From Phoronis australis (Eukaryota; Animalia; Phoronida), in assembly GCA_002633005.1 (NCBI GenBank), contig NMRA01000139.1, positions 124,001-188,000 of the forward strand: a DNA stretch of 64,000 nt. Direction: 5' to 3'. Of the stretch, positions 22,701-35,636 are shown piece after piece; position 1 is the first letter of the stretch; each line of letters opens with the position of its first letter. Below the pieces are notes generated by a model. That model was given only the letters and a program-made list of their open reading frames with translations, had not been told where the DNA came from and did not search any database. A program made the translations under genes and the position numbers.

Positions 22701-25437
22701 ATACTTTCAGAGGAGTATACGGATTCATTTTGAAAGTGTTAAAACATCTCTTTTGGTATCGCTTGAGAGTAATTTTTCACTTACACAAGCCTCCCTGACA
22801 GATAGGTGAAAGAAGCAGTCTATCTAGCATTTCTCTGTCATGACTTGGTCATTTATTATTTAGTTTTCCGCTCAATTTCTTCTTGTAATTCACTTTGTGT
22901 TTGATTTTAAGTTTAATCACGAAGTCATGTGTAAGCGTATCATTTGATTTTCCTCTCTCGTGTATTTGTTTTCGGACCAGTTGCTGTCAAACGATTGTGC
23001 AGTGATTTTTAAAGCAAGCTGGAAACCATTTAAAATTCGTATAAGCTTATTTTTTTAGAAATGGGGTCTTTGCATGCACTGCATTCTTTGGCTCTATCAC
23101 TCTCATACTTTGGAAATCATTGCAAGACAATCATTTTGACATTTCATTCAAGCTAAAGCCTTTGAATATTTGTTTTTCTGAAACAAGGAATATGCTTTTG
23201 ATACTGTTGTGATTTTGAGAAAGCTGTTGTTCGTGAATTACACATTTCCATTCTGCTATTTGCCACAAGACAGCTACTGCAGGGCTTCTATTGACAGCCA
23301 GTTTGATGGTGAAGGATAATTTATTGACTGTGAATTTGTGAAACAATTAAAAAACGGACACTTAACTGTTAAGTAACTGTTTAAAATATTTTGAACTGTG
23401 TCTGAACTTCAAATGTCTGGACTACTGTCTAGACCCTGGCATGCTGCACATCCAATATGACTATTACACTGGGACACTGTGTTTTATTGGCGAGCGTTAC
23501 TTTGATCTGCTTCGGTTTTTCGTCAGTCAGAACGATGTCTGCTGTGTCACTCTTAGGCACTGTTTTTGGTTTCATTGTCAATAAATTTTCTCAAACTTCT
23601 TTAATCTTAGTTTGAAGTTAAGTCTTACGAAAGTTCACTCAAGCTTGTGAAGGAGACCGGAGATGTAAAACAGAAAGGAAATAACGCGCTTTCATTTGGA
23701 AAATTTTCTGCAAAAGTGGAATTGATATGTGTCGAGTTTATTATTTCTAAGTCATTTTGTAATATTCCATAACTTGTAATAAAAAGCAGAGGCAAAGAAC
23801 CCCTTAGGGTACGTGGATTGCATTGCAGTGGATGTGGCCACTCAGTCATAGAGCTTGGAAATTTTTCCCTGTGCTGTGAATCTACTATGTACACACACGC
23901 AGCACATATTTTTCTGGCTAATAAAAAACAGTTTCTGGACTGAGTCACTCATTTTTTGTCTGTTGTGCTAATTGCGTTTGGGTTCGACTTTCCAGAGTAC
24001 AAGCTGGTTGTGAGAAGTGCCCGATTTATTTAGCATAAGCTAACGGTCGCGTTGACCTCCTAAAAATGTTGTTGATTGTGCAGCTGTTGGTCTAGTGTAA
24101 GATACATCTTGCTACACAGAAAATCTCTGGCATTTCAGAGAAGCAGAGTTGCCAAGTGTATTTTAAGATTAATAGTTCTAAATACCCTCTGGACTTTCTT
24201 CTTCTGATATTTCAGCTAGACCCTTCTTTACTCGTGAAACTGAGGGTAGTTTTACCCTCGTGTGTCCCTTTTACTGCTCTGTAGTCAGTGTCAATGTTGA
24301 AGATGCCACTGTGCGCTTTACTTTGCGTTCCTCGCTAACAATCTCACCAGCAAAGGCCATAGTATGGTGGACAAGAGAAATTTTTCTTGTTTTTTCATGA
24401 AAGATGTGTTACCATGGATACCATTAGACAACTACGTTAGAAACCTTGAAAACTGAGAAGTTGACAATTTTAGAAATCATCTCTTCAAAGTTCACGAGAC
24501 CTTACTGTAGATATCAAGATGTTGGTAATACGAACGAATGCAATTCTGTTTAAGACATTGAATCTGTTTTTCCATCTATTACTTCACCTGCTCAATTTGT
24601 GCTGGTTTTACTGAGTCTTGAATGACAAGAAGGCTTCAGGTAGTTTCTGAGCAAAACTTTACATATTCACGCAGTGTTTCTCGACCACCAGTTTTAAGCT
24701 TATGTATAGCCTTATCGACAAGTTTTACATATTCGTATCTACTAAACTATAAATTTTAACTGTATAATAGTAATCTTTTCTCTAAACAATCTATTTTGAG
24801 AACCCTTCATGCAAAAATGGAATTTTCAAGAAATTCTTAACAGCATTTTGGAGAACGGATTTTCGCCTGAAAGTTTCTTTTGTGACTAAAGATAGTTCTG
24901 TTTTCATCTCTTAAACAGTTAAAAGTTTCCTAAATGTACTCCTCTTCACTTTGTCTATTTCTACTGAAGAGCTGCTTTAGATTTGAAGTAGGAAACACCA
25001 TTCGTGGTTTATTCATCGTTTATTCATCAGATACCAGTTACCTTATAAGCGCCTTTGTTCATTTGCGTTGACCTTAACTCACATGGTCACTCTGCTTTGG
25101 TATAAGTTCATGCAAAATGCAGTAGTATAGGAACAACACGATCCATCAAATCGTCGAAATGCGCAGTTGCCTGTAAACATTTTCATGGTACAGACTAGCG
25201 ACATGGCCAGGCAAACTTGTCTTTGTGAAACAATTTAAAGCGGACGTGGAAACGCGATTTAATATCTGGCAGACATTCAGTTTTTATAGTTACCGTGATC
25301 CTTGTTTGAGATGCAGAAGCAACTGTCGTGTGATGACGGGAACTCCCAACCAAATGACATTGTGTATCTGTCAAGTGATGGTTTAAGATGACTATTTAAA
25401 CTTCCAAGACCTTTTCTAAGCTGCAAATAGAGCTCTG

Positions 25438-25870
25438 TGCCTGGTTGCATGAAACAGTCCCAAATAGAGACTCTACTAAGTTCCCTAAATCTACTGCGTA
25501 TTTTTGGACTTGTGAAAACATCAATTGCCCCTTCTTGTATTGTTTTAGTTTCATTACTAAGTCGACTTTTGACATTGATACAAATTGAGAGTGAACTCTA
25601 CCTTGAATTGTTAATATTATGGAAAATAGTTAGGGATCGTTTCATGCAACACCCCCAATTTAAGGACTGAGTCCCTATTTATTTTCAATGAACTCAGTGC
25701 TCCGTTTTTAGTAATATTTTCAGAAAATTTCATTAATCAAAGAGGAGCTCGTAATAAAGGTTAAATGATAGAAAAATATTGCATCTGTGAGTACATAAAA
25801 ACTCAAATATGCAGTAGATTTAGGGACCTTAGTTGAGTCCTTATTAGGAACTGTTTCATGCAACTGGCCA
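25438..25870. mobile_element. PIF/Harbinger-like MITE
   Basis: Inverted ends GTTGCATGAAACAGT / ACTGTTTCATGCAAC, plus CCCTAAATCTACTGC / GCAGTAGATTTAGGG; CWG flanks. A related copy lies at about 55093-55632. Confidence 0.75.
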
Positions 25871-27520
25871 CAGATTTCAGCTTATATTCTGAATTCAGGG
25901 TAAAAATGTTATAAGTCATTGTTGATCGTGGAAATTGAGTTTTGGCACAATTTTCACTCAAGGCAGTACCGAAAAAATCTACTTAAAAATCAGTTACTCT
26001 AAGTGTTACTGAAAAATTACGTACCATTTGAGTAGTGGAGTCAAAGCGAAGCTTAACAGGCATGCTGATCTAGGCTACATCTGACACACCGTCAAGTAAC
26101 CTTCTAACAGGAGATGCTAATCACATTTGACATCTCTCGCTAAATTGAAACTCAGCATGGTCTTTGGCTTTTTTGCAATTTCCTGGAATCTACACTGAGT
26201 GTTTGGCCAAAGTACGGAAAGCTATATAGAGTCTCGTCTGAAAATTAAGACTGCTTTCAGAGGACTGAATTCTTGGAAACTGTCAACAATTTTAATTTTA
26301 GTCACTCTTCTTTACCGTCAACTGACCAATTCTGTCTATTACGGTATGTGGGTCCCTTTCTCTCTTTCCTTGATTATCCTTGTTGTAGCCACTTGCCAAA
26401 GTCCCACAGCTCCATTCTTATTCTATGCCAGATATGTAGCACAGTGCCTGGCCTCTGACGGCATTTTACCGTACTGTTGTAGACCGTTTCCATGGCGAAG
26501 GCTTCTACGAAGAAATTTGGCTTGTATTGTCAAGCTCAACTCAAAAATGTGTTGTTGCCATAGATATAAAGTCAATCTTACATTATGTTTTGAAGGACAG
26601 CCGAGAGCATGATGTTGCTATTCCAGACTTGCATGTCCACAAGTTCTTCCCTCTCCCATCATTCAGGCTCTCTTCCTTGTCCTATACCCCTTCTTCTTTC
26701 TCCACGGCTCCTTCCCTTTTCTGCTTCTCGGCTTCCCTACCAGACCTCCTGTCTCCTGCTCCCAGTCTGAGCATGGGCCAAGTTTGTCCACATTAAGCCA
26801 CTTCACCTGAATAGGTTGTCACATCTCTAAGAAACTGCAGTGCTTTGGATGGTGTGGGCAGATGTGGATACTGGCTTAAAATGGAATACACGCCTCTTGT
26901 GTTTTGCTTGTATCGATCTGATTGTCACAAACCGGTTTCATTTTTTTTATTCTCTGGTCATGAAAACGGTGGAAATGTGAGGCTTTGTTCTTGTTGTTTG
27001 GATTATATTCCAAGAAAACTAACACTTCACTAGACATCTGAGATTGCTGTCTAGCATGAAAATACTGCTCATAGGGGTGAATTCAGTCACTTTGCAAGGT
27101 TAACCTGACCCCAGTTTTTTTGTGTCTGCACACATGTTTTGTTGTCTGTGAAAAAGTATCCAATTCCACCATTTTCATAATTTCACCTGCTGTTGGCACT
27201 AAAGGTTTTCAACTACCGGGATGCTAAAGTTATGGTTTTCCGTAAAGTGTGAAAGTGATAACGCCATGAAGCTCATCACAATACTTTTGTCAGCTTGATT
27301 GGTTTGGCATGGCTTTCTGAGCTGCTGAACAGACCAACATGTGACATATCGTAAGTGTAGGTTGGTTTAGTGTTGCCTCGCTATCAGAAACTAGAGTATT
27401 GGAACTCTCCAAGTGACAGGAGCATACATGTCAACCATTTTTTGTTCTAACCATGGCAATTTTTGTAAAAAAACATACCTGGATTTTCCGTTTAGAAGGC
27501 CACCTGATGAAACACCCATG

Positions 27521-27643
27521 CATGGGCGGCGCAGCACTGAAAAAAGTCCCCCTGTGGTGCGCCGCCTATAGACCATGGGCAGCTCAGCTCTGAAAAAAGT
27601 GGGGGGCTATAGCCCCCCAGCCCCGTATGGTGTGCCGCCCGTG
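27521..27643. mobile_element. short hAT-like MITE with 5-bp TSD
   Basis: TIR CATGGGCGGC / GCCGCCCGTG; perfect flanking CCATG on both sides; related to 33902-33970. Confidence 0.75.
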
Positions 27644-28526
27644 CCATGGGTGTTTATCTGAAAAATTATGCCGAATTAACGCCCATGGGCATTTATTTGG
27701 TGTTACAACTGATGGTGTCATATGTCCAGATAGTAGGGCATTTATTTCCTCTTAAAAGCCTTCTCAGCATCAACTTGTAGTCACAAGTTCAGTTTTGTGG
27801 AGCATTTATCATTTGTAAAAACGAACAAGGTGTTCGTGAACTATGTATTTATTAACATGAAATTTAAAAACAGTTGTAAGTAATTGATGTCAACGTCAGC
27901 GAAGTTTGGCTACCTGAGAATTTTGCATGGTCTCATTTGGCGGTTTGACATGCTCAGCGTCAAGCTCTGGGCTAACCCCTTGCATGTAGGGTATGTGCCT
28001 AAATCTCTTTCATTTTGGCTTGCGCTTGGAACTGTTTGCCAAACATTTTAACTAACTAGCAACATTGTCCACTGGTGTACAGTTTCAAGTTTGAACCCAC
28101 CATGACTGTAAGCCATCCCAAAGAACCTGCAATTTCTGTTGTAATAACGTTAAATGTTGTATTTCGATCTCTGTGCTTCTATTGGATTATAGCCATTATT
28201 TCCGAACATACGATTGGTTAAAAGTACCCATAGGGTATCGTTAGAGTTACATTTATCCTTATCGATCTCAAGAATTTGTAATCCCATTACCTGTTGAGAG
28301 GCATGGAATGACAGGATTGCCCAATGTAACCCTCAACTTAATGGCGCTTTTCATTGAAGAGTATTGATCTATTGAAGAATGCTGTAAGATTCACCCTGTG
28401 ATTCCCATTTGTGATGAGAGTCAAATTCCAAAAAGTTATATTGAGCACCATTTATGAAATCTGGCTATCATCTTGGGATGTCCACGGCCCAGGAATGCGA
28501 GTGACGGATGTTTTGTTTTAACTTTG

Positions 28527-28988
28527 TTACCTTGTTAAAGAAATCATGGTAATTCTTTACACAAGAGATCTTTTATATGTGCCGCTGCTGCAATATGAAA
28601 CTCTCTTAGCCCGGAAATTAAACGGCCCGATTCAATTAATGCTTTCAAACTTAATATTAAACAGTGGCTTTAATTTACTTAACCATTTGTACACCTTACT
28701 CGTCTTAATTATGTCATTTTTCATTATTGTAAATACTCTCACTATTTGGTATCATCTCTTTATTTACTTTCATCTCTTTTAGTCAAATTTTCATCATCCT
28801 TCATCATTTATTTATTATCTAATTTCTCAACCTGTTTTATTGTATCTTTGTTACATGTATTTAGTTATCGTTTTACTACTTTATGGTATTATATTACTGT
28901 TTTATATTTTCTTGTTGAGGGCCCTCTTGGAAAGCAATGCTGTCACTGAAGAAGCCACCCTCAATTTAAATATTACAATAAATAAATA
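28527..28988 (+). mobile_element. 5'-truncated LINE 3' end (CR1/L2/Crack-like ORF2 C-terminus, 3' UTR and AATA tail)
   Basis: Translation RSFICAAAAI*NSLSPEIKRPDSINAFKLNIKQWL* resembles the SF..WNSLP..IK...S...FK..LK tail of CR1-group ORF2, with W changed to a stop. It is followed by a T-rich UTR and ends in (AATA)n. Confidence 0.7.
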
Positions 28989-31900
28989 GACAATATGTTC
29001 GATAAGTGGGATTCTTTTTGTCAAATTTTCCTCAAAAATAATGAATTAAGAAAGTTTCAAGGGCCTTTCTCATACAGTTAACTTTGAAGTTAACTGTGGT
29101 TAACCTCGATGTAAAGCGTAGTGTTCTGTTCACCTTCAGAGTTATTGGTCAGCGAAGGTATCACAAGGCAGCACTAATATAACGCCTTTGGCCATAGGGT
29201 CCTGCTGTTTTTGACAGTGCTTGCCATCAAAAATGGCAAAGACCTTTCTCTCCACAGATGGAAACTAAAATTTCGACTTCACAAGGCAGCCAATGGTTGC
29301 CTCATTGAGGCGATGACTATGTACTAGAGAATGACACATTAAAAATTTGATTTGAATATGCTGATCCAAACAAAGGCGATATGGTTGCCTGCGCTTCAGT
29401 GATTTTCTTAATGCTAAGAATCCAGCAAATATATGGATAAATTGAAGGAGAATGATTATAGCACCAAAATAATATTAATTAGTAGAATAAAATATTAAAT
29501 TAACAAGTAGTAACAAATCACCATCGGCTGTTGGCAAATGCAGGCAGTGAGCCCTGCTGCGATGGCATCGAAGGTACGCTTCGCTACAAACACCTAAATC
29601 CATCCCTTTATGTCGGACGTCTCAAGTATTTCATTTTTAAGCGCTCTTGCCCAGCTTATATATTGCCCATCTCTGTTTTTTACGTGCCCAATTTAATTTA
29701 AGCCCCAGTGATATTCCTGGACTACGCTTTTGCGCCATTAGTGCTTAAAAAATAAAAATGCGCAAGTGCATTGCATCAGTGCGCCCCCGGGTACATCTTT
29801 TAAAATGCATCACTCTTCCAAAAATGTAAAATTCTTGCCCACTTACAGCCAGTCGGGCAAAACATGACCGAGTTCTGTTTTTGATTGCCCTTGGGGTTTA
29901 TGTTTCATATGTTACCACTTTAATTACACTAAGCTTGATGGGCAAAACTTCTTGAAAAAGGCACCCTTTTTATCTTCAGGTGCTCCCAAAGGGCACAAGT
30001 TCAAACCTGGTCAGAAATATCCCTGAAGCCCTCTGGCTTAACCGTGGATGAGTTCGGTAAATCTGCTTCGTTAGTTATTTTGTTTTACACTCTGGCAAAA
30101 TGTCAGACTCGCTAACTGGAAGTCACGTGCGCCTCTCTTCTCGGGTGAGAAACGGTCCCGAAGTACAGTGTTATATCACTGCACTTGAGCATGATCAAAA
30201 TTTTTAAATTGCTGACGATCCAAAGCATGTGTTGTACAACAAAAGCCAACTATATCTGTTGAAAACACGTTTGCTTGGGAACGAGGAAATGCTTTTCTGA
30301 TCTTGTTGTTGCCGTTTTCTTTGTAAGTGAAAAATAATTTACCAAATCCATGACTTTGTAATTGGATGGCAAGATTTCTAAAAATCCATTATATAAAATA
30401 TTGCGATTCTGACACTTGCCGTTATTAAAATGACATTTAGTTTACAGGAACATTCGGCATCAAGGCGTAGAAAGATGGATTCAGGAACTGGTACAAGTGT
30501 TAAACCCATGCACATCTATTTGCTTCAGCAATTCAGGTGTTCTGCCTGATTTCTAACAGAGGTATCGCGTTGCTACGGTAACATGCTGCTCACCTGTCAG
30601 TATTATTATTCATTCTGAAGCTGCCTGCCAATCATTTGTCATTTATTTCACAGACCTTGGCATTTTGAAGCAATTTATTACCTGCTCAAGGTAAAGAAGT
30701 CGTACTTGTCTGCCTTGACCACATTGATTATCAAACTGTTATGCCCAGGGCGCTTAAACTGGAATATTTAAAAAATTGGGCGGAGGGTGTTTTGTATGTT
30801 ATTCCCAGGTGCTTACCTAATGTTGAATTCAAAATTCAGTAGGTGTCACTCGTGAAGCAAGGGACCCTCCCATAGTGAGGCCTGCATTCAAAAGCACATG
30901 GGTCCTTTATCACTCGAATGCCTTTATGTTGATGAACTGTTTTCTGTTCTCGATATATTCAAATGTCAAGGAAATCTACTTTTATTTACTACCAGCGCCA
31001 TCTTGTGAACATGGAGCCTTGAACAAAAACATGTCCTGCATACTAATGATGATGTCGGTGGTTACTCTTTCCAAGAACGCCGTAATTGTTCATAACTGCT
31101 GCTACTTTTTCCGAAAAGTGGGCAATTTAGTATTTAAAGTGGGATTAGAGATATATTCTAGTGGGAGTGCATGTCCTTGACTATCGGTAGACATTTTGTG
31201 ATGTAGGGGCGACGTGATGAAATTCATGGTAGGGTTGTTGGTGGACAGTGTTGTGCGTTCTTAGATTTAATGTTGTGCTTTATTTCTCAACATTTTTGTT
31301 ATGAATCCCCAACTTTCATTCCGTCAAATTGCCACTGTTGTGCAGTGGGATATTCAAATGATACACTAAAAAATGTTCAACGTCTCATAATATCGGTGAA
31401 TAAAAAAAATTCCACTTCAGCTCTGTCATCTTGGCTTGTCTTAAGCAACAGAATTAGAAATTGGGTCAAGCGAAAAACGCTTTTTGTGCTCTCTCAAAGC
31501 TAAAGAGTCTGCGGGAATGTTTCAAATGATTGAAAATTGTTTATGTCACACAGTTGACCTCACCACGAGGTCAACAATTGTAAGTGCCCTCAGGTATTTT
31601 TTTCCTAGAGCACCAAAAGCAGGATACTACTCAAGTATTCTTTAGTTATTTCCCAGATTTGTGTTATTTAATCACCCTTCCCTAGGGTTGACCTTGTTAA
31701 CCTTAGCCATGGGTTACCATGACGTCACATGGGTTACCAGGACGTCAATGGTTTTTGTCAATGGTCTTTGTTTTAGTTTGTCAAGCTTGTTAGGATTAGA
31801 GCCCATTATATATTACTAATCTCACTGTTTGTGTCAGATAATGAGATTAGGGCAAACTTATGGTGTAAAACATTCTAATTATTGATCAGTGCCGGATGTC

Positions 31901-33901
31901 AATAAATGCCAAATAGCAAACTTTGAAGTCAAATTGATGCCTGTGAATAAAAATGTGGATGCTGTGCATCTCATATCATGTTACGAAACTTGTAGGTTTA
32001 AGTTGCGAAGCAGGAGTTTGGAAGGAGGAGGTTGGTTGGGTTATTAGGATTATCAGTTTCAGATGCATACTGTCTGTTTTCTTGTTTTCTTTTGACAAAA
32101 TCTCAACTGCAGTCATAGCAAAACCTGACCCATTTAACAGACTTCTTGTATAATCCATAAAATAAAATAAACAGTTATCTAGAAATTTAACATAGGTGAC
32201 CGAAAAGTGGACTGAGAAGCATAAAATTCTACTGCATGCTTCGTACTTGACTTTCCTGGAAACAGTCCCAACTTACCTAATCTTTCTTCTAACTCTGCGA
32301 TAGCGACCGTCTTCTCACTGACCTTACGGGAGTGGTGGCAATGTCACATTATCGTGAAGTTGTCATGCAACAACACTGGTTGCCAAGTTACCATGATACT
32401 TTTGAATAGTGAAAGAATGACAACCGTAGAAATTAGTAAAAAATGAAATAATTGAAAATTCTTACAAGCCTGGCAGATATCCAAACTCCTGTGTTGGCTC
32501 ACTTTTCCAGTGCTGCAGCGGTTGAATAAAAGTACCTCCTATGGCTGGCTGTCCATTGTTAGACCGCCTCTTATTGTGTTTCAGCAGCCTCATCTTAACC
32601 TTGCAGTACCTTATGAAGCGGGAGGTAATACTACCTTAGTAATAGTTGAGTTACCATTTGGCTACTGCCTAACAAGCCTTGTTGAACCTTTCCTGCAAGC
32701 TCAGTTCAAATAATCAAAAGGTAATTGTGTGTTTTACTGGAGCCTTGAAACACATCTTGGGAGAACTGAAAGTTTGCTACGTTCCCCTGCTTCCTGGGCA
32801 TGACCCAACAACACCTGTCCACCCTAATCTCATTTGGCCTGGTATATATTAGAAACTCCCATTACCTATCTGGTGGCATACCGGTATATCAGGAATATTA
32901 CATTTGGTGTCAGAGTGTGGTACTAGACTTAAAATTGTTAAAAATGGTCCGCTAGGCAACATTTTCATGCGTCCCCGTAGTGTGTATCATGTAAGAGAAT
33001 GACTGTTTGTCATTCGTCTTCATTCTTGAATTTGGGGTGACCAAACTTGCCCATTTCCAAAATTTAGGACAGGCTTTGACCTTGAGCAAAATAATACATT
33101 TTTCACTGTCTCAAAACAGAATTTTTAGTGTAATTGTGATGGTATGGTACAGAAACCACCTTTGAAACTTTTTCGTGACCTACCAACGACATTCAATTTG
33201 CCCCTTGCAGCCGTTCAAGTGACGTCATTTTCTTGCCTAACTGTTCACCTCTTATAACAAGGAAAAGTCTATTGTGTCGAAAAAAGTGCACTCGCTACAC
33301 GCGCAAAAATTTGGTTTGCTGGTATTAAAATACTCAAAACTTAAAACGAAATGAAACCACTTGCGGTGATTTGTTGTGACATGTGCACAACCTCGTGGAA
33401 GAAGATCTGTTAATGAAGGATCGTTGAAGAATGACACTGGCCAATAGGTGACGCTATATTTCATGATGCTGAAAGCCAACGCATAAGATTGTTCCACAAC
33501 TGTAGTGGCAGAGTAACGGTAGAACGCCAATTTTTGCAACACCAGTAAAATAATTTAGTTCACTCAAGGTGAAGTGTGGTTTATAATGGCGTCAATTCTG
33601 TGTCAGACTTTATTTGTTCATTTTTTTTACCCACATCAGCGCAGCGCAAAACTGTTAATTTAGTATACACCTTTGCACCAAGGCCACTGTTTGGCATGCT
33701 GAATGCATGTCCTTTGAAGTGTGCTTTTTTGTCACTTGTTAAATTGGTCTTTCTGAGGAATTCCATAGTTGTTTGTGTATATGCATATTAGTCTCACTGG
33801 TCCATTGGACTTAGGATTGTAAAACTATGAGGTTAGTCATAAAGTTGGTAATTGCCACATCCCAGATTCATACTCTTGCAGTAGTAGAAAACCGCATGGT
33901 A

Positions 33902-33970
33902 CGTGGGCGACACACCTTAGGGGCTGGGGGGCTATAGATCCCCACTTTTTTCAATGCTACGCCGCCCATG
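33902..33970. mobile_element. 69-bp hAT-like MITE with 5-bp TSD
   Basis: CGTGGGCGAC ... GCCGCCCATG, perfect TGGTA on both sides; it is an inverted relative of 27521-27643. Confidence 0.75.
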
Positions 33971-34401
33971 TGGTATGGTAGACCTAGTTTTCTGAAGGTC
34001 GGGCCACTAACACACTTACTGAATGGAGTCAGAAAAGTGAAGAACGATTGTGTCAATTTTTAGTTGTCTTTATTGCAACTCTATAAAGTGGCAAAATTCA
34101 ATTTATTTTAATTTAATTGCCATTAGAATGACAAATGGCACACTTATCTGTAATGTGAAATGGTGAGCGAAGCAACAGGGCATGACTGCTGGCCAAGTGC
34201 CCTACAGACGGATTGCATTGTGGGCAAATACACAGAATCAGAGAGACAGCTGTAGTGTTATACATTGTGTACAGCAGAATTGCACAGTTTGGGCCGCAAT
34301 ATGGCGGACAAGTGGTATTGGATATTTCTATTTATTTCATAAAATGTAAGTTCCACAAAATCAGCTCTTTATTACGTTTTATATCATGGCTTCCATCAGA
34401 T

Positions 34402-35636
34402 AATGTTTTGGTAACCTGTGTGCATTAGCAGCAATGTTAAAAAGTTTTTGTAAAAGGCCAAAAGATCAATCTTGGCTGTTACTTTTGTCTGAAATGGATG
34501 GGATATTACCGTACTGCCAATTGCCAGATAATACAGGGCAAAACGGCGGCCATGACTGGCCATTGAGCATGCTCCGAAACTACCTTACTTCTACCTGTCT
34601 CGTGTCAATGTTGTCGTAAGGCCAAAACAGCACAGCTAGTTCTAGTCACTACTTTTTAGAAAATAGAGTCACTGATTTGGTATTTTGTAATTGGTCACTT
34701 TTTCAAAAAAGAAAATCTCTTCAGACCAGGAAAATGATTGGGATCAGAAAAAAAATTGGCCATGGCCTTTTTCGAATGTAAGGCAATACCGTTTCTTCAA
34801 ATATAAGGTCACTCGTGACCTTATTTGCGTTTTCTGCCCATCAGCCATGACCAAATGTTTTGGTAACCTGTGTGCATTAGCAGCAATGCTAAAAAGTTTT
34901 TGTAAAAGGCCAAAAGATCAATCTTGGCTGTTACTTTTGCCTGAAATCGATGGGATATTACTGTACTGCCAAGTGTCAGATAATACAGGGCAAAACGGCG
35001 GCCATGGCTGGCCATTGAGCATGCTCATAAACTACCTTACTTCTACCTGTCTTGTGTCAATGTCGTAAGGCCAAAACAACACAGCTAGTTCTAGTCACTA
35101 TTTTTTAGAAAATAGAATCACTGATGTGGTATTTTTTAATTGGTCACTTCTTCAAAAAAGAAAATCCCTTCAGACCAGGAAAATGATTGGGATCAGACTT
35201 ATCTCTTGGCAAATCATGGTATTTCAAAATCTTACCCTTGTGCGTCTTTTTTAAAAAGTTAGACCTTCCCGGCAGGCAGGCAGGTGTGAATCAAAGGTCT
35301 CAAAGTGTTGTTGGGGCACAGACCAGAGCCAACAATATTTTTTGGCCTGATACCATGTCATCAGAGGCAGTCTGTTTCCATACTCAATATGTAGCATCCT
35401 TGTACCCTTATCAAGGGAGCCGTAATATTGGCTACTTGTAGGATTGATGGAGGTGAATGCATGGCATTTCACAACATCGATTAAATTATTTGCTATAAAA
35501 CGCACAAACTAATGGATTTTAAGTGCAAAAAAATGGCCATGGCCTTTTTCGAATATAAGGCAATACCGTTTCTTCAAATATAAGGTCACTCGTGACCTTA
35601 TTTGCGTTTTCTGCCCATCAGCCATGACCAAATGTT
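34402..35636 (+). repeat. tandem duplication, 452-bp unit; the second copy has about 330 extra bp
   Basis: AATGTTTTGGTAACCTGTGTGCATTAGCAGC at 34402 and 34854. The unit end (GGCCATGGCCTTTTTCGAAT...CCATGACCAAATGTT) is at about 34757-34859 and 35535-35636. Confidence 0.9.
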
